From: Squalus acanthias | Taxonomy: Eukaryota | DNA length: 64,000 bases | Assembly: GCA_030390025.1 (NCBI GenBank) | Contig: CM059432.1 | Location: 64,792,001 to 64,856,000, forward strand | Reading direction: 5' to 3' | Part shown: positions 11,993 to 23,821 of the stretch, in pieces | How the letters are laid out: each line of letters opens with the position of its first letter | Position numbering within the stretch: position 1 is the first letter of the stretch | Translations under genes and position numbers: made by a program | The notes under the pieces: model-generated | Databases searched by the model: none | Seen by the model: only the letters and a program-made list of their open reading frames with translations | What the model was told of the DNA's origin: nothing

Positions 11993-13784
11993 CTCTTTCT
12001 CTCTCCACGGATGCTGCCTGGCCTGCTGAGTTTTTCCAGCGTTTTCTGTTGTTATTACAGATTTAAATCTGGCTGGTCGGGTTTTCCGGGCCTAACAGAA
12101 CCCGCCAGCTAAAGGAAGGTGAGGACTGCTGGATCCAGGAGCTAAGTGTCTTTCCATTTACCTCCTGGATCCAGCGTCCCTGCCTCAACAACGCTCTGCG
12201 ATCGGACACCCCGAGGCCTCCGATCCCCCTCCGGCCCACAATTACCTTCCCGGCCTCACCCCTCCAGCCAATGCTCATCTGGCTCCTGAGTCCCGACCCT
12301 CCCCCCAATGCTCCTTTGGCTCCCGATGGTCCTGTGGCCCTCGATGCTCCTCTGGCTCCCGATTCCTAAGTCCCGAGTCCTGACCAGCCTTCCCCCGATG
12401 CTCCTCCAGCCCCCAACACTTCTCCGGCTCCCAAGTCCTGACCACCGCCCCTCCCCACTGATGCTCCACTGGCCCCTGATGCTCCACCGGCTCCTGACCA
12501 CCGCCCTCCCCACCTACCCGCCCACAGCCAGCCAGCATCTCCATCTGGCTGGCTGCGGCTGGGAAACAGAGGTTTGAAATGCAAATCAAGTCCTGCTGTT
12601 CTCCCAGGTTTCCCAACTGCTCTCTAGCACCCCTGCTCCTGACCCGCCTCCAGATTAAATATCGGCCCATTAGTTTTGAACAACCAGTACCAGTGCGTAA
12701 GCAATTGGCCACGGTTCAGAGTCGCCAGCTGGGAGATTCTCATTGGGTTTGATATTCAAACGATATGACTTAATCCATACATGTATTTATTCTCCACTGT
12801 TTTATATTGGAGTCAAGAGGGTTGATAGAGGGCAGGAAACTGCGTCTCGACTTCAGTCTACTCTGTGCAGCATGATGCTGGAACAAGGGACGGTGAGGGT
12901 CATTAGATTGTCTGTTTCTTTCAGCTGCTCTTTGTATGTCTAGCGGTGCAATACCTGACAGTAGGTAAGGATTGTCTATCTTGGTAGGTTTAGGGCAACC
13001 AGTAATGCAACAGCAGCAGGCATTAAGAACAGAATACAATTTCTTTGCATAGGTGCAGCGTTCCCATACATATTCGGCAGCCGAAGAATGGAGTGTCAGA
13101 GCTGTAGTCCTGATAGTGTTTGCCCACTTTCAGCTAGCCAGATTTCATAGGATGTTATTGCTAGCTCCAACTTTAGCTTTGATGATGTGTTTCATATAAC
13201 TCAAAGTGTAATGCAGTGTCACACAAAGATAGACAGAATTCAAACAATGATTAAGTCTATTCCCATATCACTCAATATGTAATTCCCGTTTAGCTTCTCT
13301 ATTCTTAAAGTGGAATGCATATACCTGTATCCTATCCAGATTGGCCCTTAGTAGATTGGAGGTATAGTATTGTTTCAGCCAAGATAGCACGTCACTCAGG
13401 GTTATTTCAATCCTATCAAAAGTCCAGCTTTGAGCCATAACATAAAGACCATCTGCATATAGGAAACTTCTAGTCCATGGATGGATATGTTGGTCGTTGG
13501 GGTATCTATTATACATATATATTGAATTGCATTGGTGCTAGCAAACTACCTTGTGAGAGTCAATTTCTTGCCTATGCCAACAGCTTTTTTTACCGTATGG
13601 TTCCATTAAAAATGGCGATTTGCCAAGAAAGTTTGGATGAGCTCTATGATAAGCATCCTTTGTCATATTGAAAGCCTTCTGCACAAGTATTTGGTGATTA
13701 GCAGTGTCATAGGCAACTGACAGGTCAAAAAAGCTCCAGTTATTAGGCCTTGTTCAAATCCATCTTCAACATATTAGATCAGAT

Positions 13785-14837
13785 CGCACTTCTGCTCTCA
13801 CCCCTTCCCCTCCCTTCCAGAACCATGATAGAGTTCCACTTGTCCTCACCTTGCACCCCACCAGCCTCCACATTCAACGGATCATCCTCCGCCATTTCCA
13901 CCACCTCCAGCGCGATCCCACCACCAAACACATCTTCCCTTCCACTCCCCTTTCAGCATTCCGAAGGGACCGTTCCCTCTGCGACAAACTGGTCCACTCC
14001 TCAATCACCCCTAATACCCCTTCCCTTCCCACGGCACCTTCCCGTGCAAGCACGGGAGATGCAATACCTGCCCTTTCACCTCCTCCCTTCCCACCGTCCA
14101 GGGCCCCAAACACTCCTTCCAGGTTAAACAGTGATTTACTTGTACTTCTTGCAATTTAGTATACTGTATTCGCTGCTCACGATGCAGTCTCCTCTACATT
14201 GGGGAGACCAAACGCAGATTGGGTGACTGCTTTGCGGAACACCTCTTCTCAGTCCGCAAGCGTGGCCCCAAGCTTCCGGTTGCCTGTCACTTTAATTCTC
14301 CGTGCCACTCCCACTCTGACCTCTCTGCCCTCGGCCTCTTACACTGTTCCAACGAATCTCAACACATGCTCAAGGAACAGCACCTCATCTTTCGATTAGG
14401 CACTTTGCAGCCTTCTGGACTCAACATCGAGTTCAACAATTTCAGACCATAACATCTGCCCCCATTTTTTCAGATGGCAGCTGTTAATGATTCTGCCATT
14501 CCCATTTACACCTATTCTAGACTCATATTTTATTTCTTTACTTGTCCCATTACCATCTCCTTTTGCTTTGTACAATCATACCTTTTGTCATTTAATCTCT
14601 CCTGCCTTCCACCCTATCACAGACCTTCCCTTTTGTTCTTTCCTCCGCCCTCCCACTTTCCCTGCCCTTGCACTTGCTTAAACTTGTTACATTCCTAACT
14701 TTTTCCAGTTCTGATGAAAGGTCATCCACCTGAAACATTAACTCTGTTTCTCTCTCCACAGATACTGCCTGACCTGCTGAGTATTTCCAGCTTTTTCTGT
14801 TTTTATTTCAGATTTCCAGCATCCGCAATATTTTGCT
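13785..14837 (+). mobile_element. 5'-truncated Penelope copy (frameshifted GIY-YIG, 3'UTR, pLTR)
   Basis: Similar to 11010-11680; TSD ttagatcagat at 13774-13784 and 14838-14848. Confidence 0.92.
14707..14743 (+). ncRNA. Decayed minimal hammerhead motif
   Basis: AGUU-CUGAUGA-A-AGGUCAUCCACCU-GAAA-CAUU-AACU; one stem II mismatch and CpG decay. Confidence 0.7.
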
Positions 14838-14956
14838 TTAGATCAGATTAAGTAGTCAGCTTGTGCAGGATCTTCAAGGCAGAATCCTGCCTGTTCTAGG
14901 ATAAGCTGCTGTTCCACATGGGGATAGAGCCGGTTCAAATAACATAACACTATTGG

Positions 14957-15062
14957 TCTGTAATAACAACAGACAACGCTGGAAAAACTCAGCAGGCCAG
15001 GCAGCATCCGTGGAGAGAGAAACAGAGTTAACGTTTCAGGTCGAAGACCCTTCGTCAGAACT
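14957..15062 (-). mobile_element. About 106-bp solo pLTR mini-insert with an intact hammerhead motif (15026-15062)
   Basis: Reverse complement AGUU-CUGACGA-A-GGGUC(UUC)GACCU-GAAA-CGUU-AACU; the rest is nearly identical to the pLTR at 11993-12062. Confidence 0.87.
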
Positions 15063-15769
15063 ATCGTACTATTTCTTTGACTATCTAGTAGAAGCTGGTG
15101 GGAAACTTGATCTGCTGCGACATTGTAGAGTGTGTTCAATTTTGTAATGTCATTGCTGAGTATTCCTATGGTCCTCCAAGCTTTCTTGCTGCTGTGAGTC
15201 AGTCGAGTCAACCAGCTGTTGCTGAGTTTTACATCATTCAGTTGTGATTGCAGTAATGAGTTTGTCACCTGCTGTTCCGGTATCAATAGCGGACGTTTTT
15301 TCTTCTGGAAGCATTCTATGTATTCCTTGTATAGCTCTTTAGCTTCATCAGATAATGCTGGGCTACAGCTTGTGGGATATATTCCTTCGAGCAGCCTTGT
15401 GTATCAATTTCCCAAAGTATTCCTAGTTCTCAGGTGTACCAGGTATATATTTGATGGCTGCATCCAGATCAACCGAGCAACATTCCCAATCTGGAACAAT
15501 GGCAAAACAAGATGGTCTTCAGGAAGATAGCTGCATGGATTTTAATTCCGATAGGGTGGTGTTGCAGGTTTGGGATTGAACCTAAAAAAATGTTTTGCAT
15601 TGATTGGCAATAGTGTTGCTGGCAAATACCAAGTTGGGGTTGATTCCACTTCTCCAATGGCCACTACTGAATGAGTTAGGAAGATTGGGGACAGCTGATT
15701 TGCTTCTGCCCAGACTTCCACCAATTCATCACCTTCATTCATCTCAGAATAGCCAAACAGCATGCTACA

Positions 15770-16405
15770 GTGAGAGGATTCGAGTACAGGAGCAAGGAGG
15801 TCTTGCTGCAGCTGTACAGGGCCTTGGTGAGACCACACCTTGAGTATTGTGTGCAGTTTTGGTCGCCTTATCTGAGGAAGGATGTTCTTGCCATGGAGGG
15901 TGTGCAGCGAAGATTTACCAGACTGATACCTGGGATGGCAGGAATGACGTATGAGGAGAGATTGGGTCGACTGGGCTTATACTCGCTAGAGTTTAGAAGA
16001 ATGAGAGGAGATCTCATTGAAACTTATAAAATTCTAACAGGGCTAGACAGACTGGATGCAAGAAGGATGTTCCCAATGGCGGGTGAGTCCAGAACAAGAG
16101 GTCACAGTCTAAAGATAAGGGGTAAGCCATTTAGGACAGACACGAGGAGGAGTTTCTTCACCCAGAGAGTGGTGAACCTGTGGAATTCTCTACCACAGAA
16201 GGCAGTTGAGGCCAAGTCAGTAAATATATTCAAGAAGGAGTTAGATATATTTCTTAAGGCTAAAGGTATCAAGGGATATGGGGAGAAGGCAAGGACAGGG
16301 TACTGAGCTTGGATGATCAGCCATGATCTCATCGAATGGCGGAGCAGGCTCGAGGGGCCGAATGACCTACTCCTGCTCCTATCTTCTATGTTTCTATGTT
16401 TCTAT
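15770..16405 (+). mobile_element. Young CR1 3' fragment
   Basis: ORF 15770..16306 encodes the CR1 C-terminus; (ctatgttt)n tail; near-identical to 24386-25130 and 46521-47788. Confidence 0.95.
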
Positions 16406-17270
16406 GGTTATTAAAATTGCCAATCATAACATGAACCCAGCAAGAGAGGACATAAGTGGAACAGCATGACAGAAAGGATAGGGGGACTAAAAAACAAGTG
16501 GAATAGGGGGACTGTGAGAAAGGCCACGTGGAGCAATGAAAAGAGGAATTGGGGGGAAGCAGCAGGTGGGACATATGGGGCAATGGCAGAGGTATTGACA
16601 TATGAACAGCAAGCAAAGATTAAGGTGGTATAGCGAGTCAAGGAGAGAGCAATCAATGTTAAGAGAGGGGCGATGAGTTGCAGCAACAGAAAGGGGCATG
16701 GGAAGCAGTGAAAGAGGGACAGAAAGTGAATGTAATAAGGGAACAGCAATAGAACTGTACATGGGCAGCATCAAAAGAGATGTGATGATGGGTCACGAAA
16801 GATGTGAACATATGGGGTCAGTGACAGACATAAGGATATAGTGAGAAAGGGTGCATATGTGGCCAGCAAGAGAGTAGCTCTAGGGGTACAGCAACAGAGG
16901 CTTATGTAGGAAAGTAGTCATCCAATTTACCATGAGCAATATCAGGGGAGATCAAATGGTCTTGTAAACATATTCTTTTCCTTCAGCATAATGCTGTGTT
17001 TATACACTTGCTTTGAAACCTTCATTCAACCTTGCGGGAGGATAAAATACGACACCTCCTGGAGCCTTTTCCAATAGATTATCTCTACCTTCTTCTCTGG
17101 CCAAGTATTCAATTCACATAGAATGCAATGTAACACCGCAGAGTCTAACCATATAGATGTTAAATTGTCAAAGCACAAGAGAATCTAAGTGACATATACT
17201 CAAAGATCTGAGGTTTCATTAAAAGGGTACATAGACATGCCATATGGCATCCTTGTACAGTGTAATACCA

Positions 17271-17625
17271 TCCTTACCTCTGTAATCTCCTCCAGCCCCA
17301 CAACCCCCCGAGATATCTGCACTCCTCTAATTCTGGCCTCTTGAGCATCCCTGATTTTGATCATTCAACCATTGGCGGCCGTGCCTTCAGATGCCTAGGC
17401 CCTAAGCTCTGGAATTCCCTCCCTAAATCTCTCCGCCTCTCTACCTCTCTTTCCTCCTTTAAGACACTTCTTAATACCTACCTCTTTGACCAAGCTTTTG
17501 GTCATCTGTCCAAATATCTCCTTATGTGGCTTGGTGTCAAATGTTTTGTCTTATAATACTCCTGTGAAGTGCCTTGGGATGTTTTACTACGTTAAAAGTG
17601 CTATATAAATACAAGTTGTTGTTGT
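17271..17625 (+). mobile_element. L2 LINE 3' end
   Basis: GGRAFRCLGPKLWNSLP..SFKTLLNTYLF; tail atataaatacaagttgttgttgt; same family as 37643-39315. Confidence 0.88.
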
Positions 17626-19379
17626 AGTTCAGTTAAATCTTTTCATAGCTTTGCTGACTCAAGGGTATTTTTATCTCTCTTATTTAATCAGACTAAAACA
17701 CTGGAGAAGTAGCCTGCTGCTACAAATTGTAGTTAAAATGTTGAAACACTATAAAACATTGCACAGCAAACATTGAATGCTGACCGCTAGACTTGCACAT
17801 TTATAGCAAAGGATTAATTCATTGAGTGGCAGAAATATGGTTTAGTGCTATAACAGAGCATTGTGAGCCTGGTAGTTGCCAAAGGGAGTTTTACATTATT
17901 CCTTTAATCAATGCTCTTTATGTAATTAGTTTAAAATGTTCTGACAGCTGTTCCATTGAGCAAGTACTCTGTACCATGCATCCCCAAAAGCGATATATTG
18001 CTGTTCTCAATGCTTCACCAGGATTGTTTACTGACTGTGGGAAACAAAAGTTCAGCAACAGGTTTAAGATCCTGTTGATAAAATGCACTCATTGTGGAGG
18101 GGGAGCCCCAGCCAGGGCGAGGTGTGGGGGGCGGGGGCAGGTGGCAGCAGCCCATATTGTTTTTGCGGAGCCTGGAGGAGCATCCCTGATCCTAGTTCTG
18201 CACAGTAGGCTATTCAAATTCCATCAGGGCCCTATGTACATCATAGCACCCCGATTTGCATGGATTATTAAGCAGACGCCGGGGCCACCCAGCAGCAGGC
18301 CCTGGGGAAAATGGGGGCAGAGTGGGAATGAAGCGTAAGTTTTTTAACTCTGCTACCGCCCATTTCCACCAAGCGGAGGGAGTTAAAATCTCCCCTTATA
18401 ATTGTCTGTGTGACAATTCCTGTAAAGACATTTAGATTTAAGAACTAATAATAACTTCTTAATTAGACATTGGTAAAGTTACAAAAGGGCTCCAGTTACC
18501 CAAGAATTACTGCAAATGCTTGACGTTCATACACTTTAATTGAACCTTCAAACTCATTACTGCTGTGCTAATCATTTCCAATGAAGTGCTAAATACTGGC
18601 ATATAAGACTTAAAAGTTAATTATTCCTCTCCCTCCATTAAAGAAGAAAATGCATATATAGTTGCTATGGTAATTAACTTGAAAGTGTCATTTAATGTAA
18701 CTTAATATTTGTAAGGAAAGGTTAATAGTTTTGTGAAAAAAGGTTTAAGAACATAAAAAGGAGATGCAATTTGGTACAGTAACTCCTCAAAGTCTGAACT
18801 TAAGGTCCTTTAAAGATTAAACCAAGTATTAAAGTGTATCTTATGTCTTACCTTAATATCTGAATTATTAAAAAGGGGAATCATCAGTGGAAAGTCTGCC
18901 TACAATGCTGTATTTCTATTCATAGCGTAATCAGAGTAGAATTTTATATGCACCATGGGGAGTTCTGAAAAAAACATTTGCTCTAAGTCTGCTTCCAATC
19001 AAGACTGCCAATCTGTAAGAATTGCCAAGTTCACTTCTGTTACAAGTTTGTTCTTTTCTTGGAAATCACATTGCGCAGAGAGAAATACTTTTGCCTCATA
19101 TAGAAGACATCTTCCTTGTAGAGTTGGGTGATAAGATGCTTTCTTATTCCCTCGAATGGGCAAGCTGATTAGATAATGTGGGTAGGAAGGAGATTGGAGA
19201 AGAAATTGATGAGAATTGAGGATTTAAGTTTAGGCCTAAGAGGGCAATGTGCTGTCTAACTGGGCTTTGCAGTTGCCTTGTGTAAAGCAACTTATTTAAA
19301 AATACCCAGCCACCATTAAAAGTAAAATGTAGCACTGGTGAGGATATTCTTTAAGTCCCTTCAAGGAAATCAAGGACAC

Positions 19380-19705
19380 AAAAGTAGAAAATGCTTGAAC
19401 ACTCAGCAGGTCAGGCAGCATCTTTGGAGAAAGGAAAAGACATATGTTTCCGGTCTAAAATAAAAACAGAAAATGCTGGAAATACTCAGCAGGTCAGGCA
19501 GCATCTGTGGAGAGAGAAACAGAGTTAACGTTTCAGGTCGATGACCCTTCGTCAGAACTGCAGTATTTTGCTTTTGTGTTTCCGGTCTAAACCTTGTTCA
19601 GAACATTTTTTCTCTTTCCACAAATGCTGGCTCGCCTGCTGAGTGTTCCCAGCATTTTCTATTTTTGTTTCGGGTTTACAACATCTGCAATATTTTGCTT
19701 TTTGT
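19380..19705. mobile_element. Nested Penelope pLTR mini-elements: 117-bp inner copy (19460-19576) inside an older inverted-pLTR copy
   Basis: TSD tgtttccggtctaaa at 19445-19459 and 19577-19591. Confidence 0.85.
19523..19559 (-). ncRNA. Minimal hammerhead ribozyme motif
   Basis: Reverse complement AGUU-CUGACGA-A-GGGUC(AUC)GACCU-GAAA-CGUU-AACU. Confidence 0.85.
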
Positions 19706-20267
19706 TTCACTGGACAAGACACAATGCAGCATATTGCTAAATACTACTGTATCTTTCCATTCTCTCTTAGCAGAAGCAAAAAGATTAAATAATATCATCT
19801 TGGTTTAAAACCTTTTTGCAATAACATTATCATGTCAAGTCGAAGATCAGCCCTGATCTTATTGAATGGCAGAGCAGGCTCGAAGGGCCGTATGGCTTAT
19901 TCCTGCTCCTAATTCTCATGTTCTTATGTATTAAGTTTGCTGCAGATTCTCCCAAAGCACATACTGTTAATTCAAGGGAATTCATTATGATGCCAAGATT
20001 GGTAGGATTCATTTGGAGAAGACTCAGATGCTGCAGATTGCTGTACTTTGAAATAAGACACACATTCTCCAACCATAAGGGAATTAGTTACTCAATTCTG
20101 TCTTTGCTTTCCAATCATTGGATCCTGACATAGGGAGGCTGGAGAATTTTAGTTTAAACATAGCAAATATTCAGCAGAGACTGAAAAAGGCAAAATAATT
20201 CTCTTGTAATCAGACTCTAGGCAGATCAATTCCAGTGACATTAGTGAATATATTCCAAGGGGTTTTT

Positions 20268-22220
20268 AACCCGTGGCCCCCTCCTCTTCCTCATCTACAT
20301 GCTGCCCCTTGGCAACATCATACAAAGAGGGGGTAATTTTAACCTAACTTGCTGGGCAGGAAACCCATGGGATTGGATGGAACGCCAATTTTACGCCCCA
20401 CCCAATATTACTCTCTGCTGATTTCAATGGAGAGTAAAATCTGGCAGGTTGTAAAACCAGCGTTGTACCTGATCCTGTCAGGTTCCTGACATGCGGCTTA
20501 GGTTAAACTTGCCCCCGACAGGTTCCATATTTACGCTAATGACACCCAGCTCTATCTCTCCACACCTGTATCAACCCCTCCACTGCCACAATTTCCTCCA
20601 GTTAAACACTGAGAAGACTAAAACCATCATCTCTGACACCAGCCACAAATTCTGTATGCTTACCACCAATTCCATCACCCCTCCCCGGCCACTGTTTAAG
20701 GTAGGACCAGACTATTCATAATTTCAGAGTCCTATTTGGCCCAGAGCTGAGCTTTTGATCCCATATCCTCTCCATCACAAAGCTCACCTACTTCCATCTC
20801 CGTATCATCGCCAGTCTCTGCCCCGCTGGAGTCTATCTGCTGCAGAATCCCTCATTTATGCATTTGTTACCTCCAGACTTTATTCTAATGCTCTCCTACC
20901 CGGCCTCCCATCCCCCACCCTCCATAAGCGTCAGGTCATCCAAAAACTCTGCTGTTAGTATCCTATCTTGCACCAAGTCTAACTCACTCATTATCCCTGT
21001 ACTTGCTGACCTACATTAGCCTCCTGTCTCCCAACATCTCAAATTTTAAATTCTTATTCTCATGTTCAGGTTCATTCATGGCCTCGCCCTTCTGTAATCT
21101 TTTCCAGCCGTACAACCCTCCGAGAACTCTGCATTTCTCCAACTTTGGTCTCTTGTGTATCCTGAAATCCCTTTGCCATCTGGGGACTAAGCTCTGGAAT
21201 TCCCTCCCTAAATTATCTCTTTGCCTCAGCACCTCACTGTCCTCCTTTAAGAGCCTCTTCAAAATCCACCTCATCGACCAAGCTTTCAGCCATCCCTACT
21301 AAGATCTCAGGGGGAGAAATTTGGTTGCTTAGCACCTCCCGTTAGCGCCTCAGCGGGGCACTAACGGGGCGCTAGGAACTTAGTGCCCGAACACGGCGAT
21401 TTTAGCGGCGCTCGCAAAATTGACCAGTCGTTTTGCGGCGGCGTTAAACAATACCGCCACGATCTCCTGCGCCCACAGATCATGACGTCAGTCAAGCATG
21501 CAACACCCCAGTAGCGCCCCAGACCGGATATTGAGTTGCGCCCCCTGCCTTAGCGCCTGCCGCTAGGAACGACAGGTAGAGGGGAACGTTTTCAAGTCGG
21601 GAAGGGGCTGGGGGAGCGCTATTTAGAGGCGGGCACTTCCTGCCTTTTCTTGTTGGGAAAATTTTTGGTCTTAACACTGTCCTAAGGAGTTTTGGCCCTC
21701 AGCACTGCTTTTGAGGTTCCTAAGTGCCGAGCACTTTCCGTGGGCCTATACATTAGTGCTTCCAACACAATTGCTTTTGAGGTCTCTCCAGGCCGAGATT
21801 CAAGGCTGCAATGAGCAGGGAGTGGCTGGCCAGCAAGATGGCCCCTCCCCTTTAAGAACTGGATGGCGCCAGTCTGTCTGGCTTCCATGGTAATTGTCAT
21901 CGCCTGAGCTTTGGTAGCGTTCAGAGGTAGCGCCTCGCTCCCTGATGTTTGCGCCTTAAGAGAGGTGTGTAGCGCCTGATTTAATGCTCAAATCACCTCC
22001 AGGGACGATAGAGGCAAATTTTGCAGTCAGAGGCAATAATTGGCGCTGGGCGCTAAAATTTGCACCCGGTCAATATTAGCGCCCCAAAATGGACGATACC
22101 GAATTTTTCCCCCTTAATCTTTGATTCTATGTCAATTTTTGTCTGATTATGCTTATATGGAACACCTTGGGATGTTTTCTATGTTAAAAGAGCTATATAA
22201 ATGCAAGTTGTTGTTGTTGA
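20268..22220 (+). mobile_element. Degenerate L2 LINE interrupted by MITEs (about 20327-20517 and 21310-22113)
   Basis: NFLQLNTEKTKTI, LIYAFVTSRL, KLWNSLP; (gtt)n tail at about 22208-22220. Confidence 0.8.
21310..22113. mobile_element. GC-rich Harbinger-type MITE (family of 48564-49284)
   Basis: TIR gggggagaaatt / aatttttccccc; repeated TAGCGCC motifs. Confidence 0.75.
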
Positions 22221-23821
22221 CGACTTGTGATGTGTTTCCTCTTGTTCTTCCTGAATAAACTTCTTTTCTTTTTTATCCAACTCAGAACCTCACTCAAACT
22301 TAGTAGCCAAAGTGTGTCAGGTTCTGCCATGGGTCAAAGTTATAAGGTAAGGCATGGTGTCCAACCTTTTTCCCTCCCGCCCCCCATGTAATCCATAGTG
22401 AGTCACGTGACAATTTATAGCAATGAGATAGAAACAGAGTGACTTAGGTCAGTCACTTAGGAGGAGTCAAATGAGATGCTAAGAAGTAAAGTCTGACCGA
22501 ACTCAAATCAGATATTCTTTGCTAACTCCAGCATAAGCCACCTATTGCTCAACTACTGTAACTAGCTAAATAAAAACACCAGTCAATAATAAATGTGCTT
22601 CTTTTTCCCAGTGTACCTCACTATAAGGGATTGTGACTGGCACATCAAGTTAGAGTACTATCTTCCCCTTCTGGTACCTGGCTTTAAATCCAATACATTT
22701 AAATGTGATGAAAATAATTTTCTGTGATGTTTGTTACAGAGAGTGGGCGTCATTTTCAACTTCACTGCCTGTGCGATAATGTGGTGGAGCAGATCGTCCA
22801 TCATTTGTAGAACACGTCTAATTTATATTGCCAATGGGAATGAAAGTTAGGCGGATTCTACACTGGCCGGGCGATCCACTCCACCACATTACTGTCCATG
22901 CAGTGAAGTTGAAAATTACCCCCAGTGAGTGAAAATAAATTATCCAGCCTGAAATCGTTCAAAGGGTATGTGCGCTTTTCACAAACTTCCTTTCAGTTTG
23001 GCAGGTGGGAAAGTTCCTTCAGAAAAACTATAAGGACAGCTTGGAAAACAGAATTGTCATGGTGTAACAATGAAAACTTTTATTCTCTCAGACTAGTTTT
23101 ATGAAACAATGTGGAAAGAACTCACAATGTATCACATGGAAGGGCTCAATTATATCGGGTATATTTTCCTACCAGCGCTGTTTCCATATCATACTCATGG
23201 GAGACCCTGCTGTGCATTTTTTAAATGCCCGTGTTAACCTATTTATTGGGCCAACACTTGCATTAAAAAAAACACACACACAGCGATTTTGTATAAGTGG
23301 ATTAAGCATTCTTATGGGAACTGTACCATTCAGAAAATATACTGCTGTAAGCACATAACAAAGCATTGAATGGGAAAAAGGCCTATTGAGCCTGCTCCTT
23401 CTATAGACCTTGTACCATATTTTGGACTTTATCCTACTTATTTAATTATTTTGGGAGAATTACTGCAAAGAAGAAATGGATCCCATTTCTCAGCACTGTT
23501 ATCTTTTAACTTGATTAGTACATTTCCAAAATAACTATTCTAGTTAGAAATACACATTATATTGGGAACTTGGAATCATTCACCAATTATTGGTCAGCAC
23601 ATATATCATCCAAACTGTAGACTGCACCACATCCAAAGTAACTGGAGCACAGCTTTTGCAGACATTCAATTTTGTGAGTATAAATAAAATGCAAAAAACC
23701 CCAATCAAGACGGCAAAATATTTCTGATTAATATTAAGTAAATTAAGTTTTACAATGTTCACTTTGTGGTTCTTTCTGATTGTTCTAGTCTTTGCCTGTG
23801 ATATGTACTTCACAAGGTAAA

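Larger units (their letters stand above)
9109..12053 (+). mobile_element. Penelope-like retroelement (Neptune-type), slightly 5'-truncated, with 3' pseudo-LTR
   Basis: Long RT+GIY-YIG ORF; 18-bp flanking duplication attacagatttaa(c/a)tctg at 9091-9108 and 12054-12071. Confidence 0.93.
8888..12668. mobile_element. Harbinger-type MITE hosting the Penelope insertion
   Basis: Ends ggggggaattttaa / ttaaatatcggccc; the Vingi-like sequence resumes on both sides. Confidence 0.7.
8686..15765 (-). mobile_element. Degenerate Vingi/Ingi-like (I-group) non-LTR retrotransposon, split by three insertions
   Basis: Collinear minus-strand motifs: THSSKKAW, EQAGF, YVEDGFEQGLITGA..DLSVAYDT, FLYADGL, ITGCPKPT..LSGIAP, CLRTGTG, DCGREPQTMDHLLHC; stop at 8705 and a short GATAC/GAT tail. 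Confidence 0.75.

Noticed and set aside
16430..16950. Hydrophobic minus-strand ORFs
   Set aside because: Purine-rich degenerate low-complexity tract
22620..23060. LF-SINE-like ancient SINE
   Set aside because: Resemblance too weak to support without an alignment
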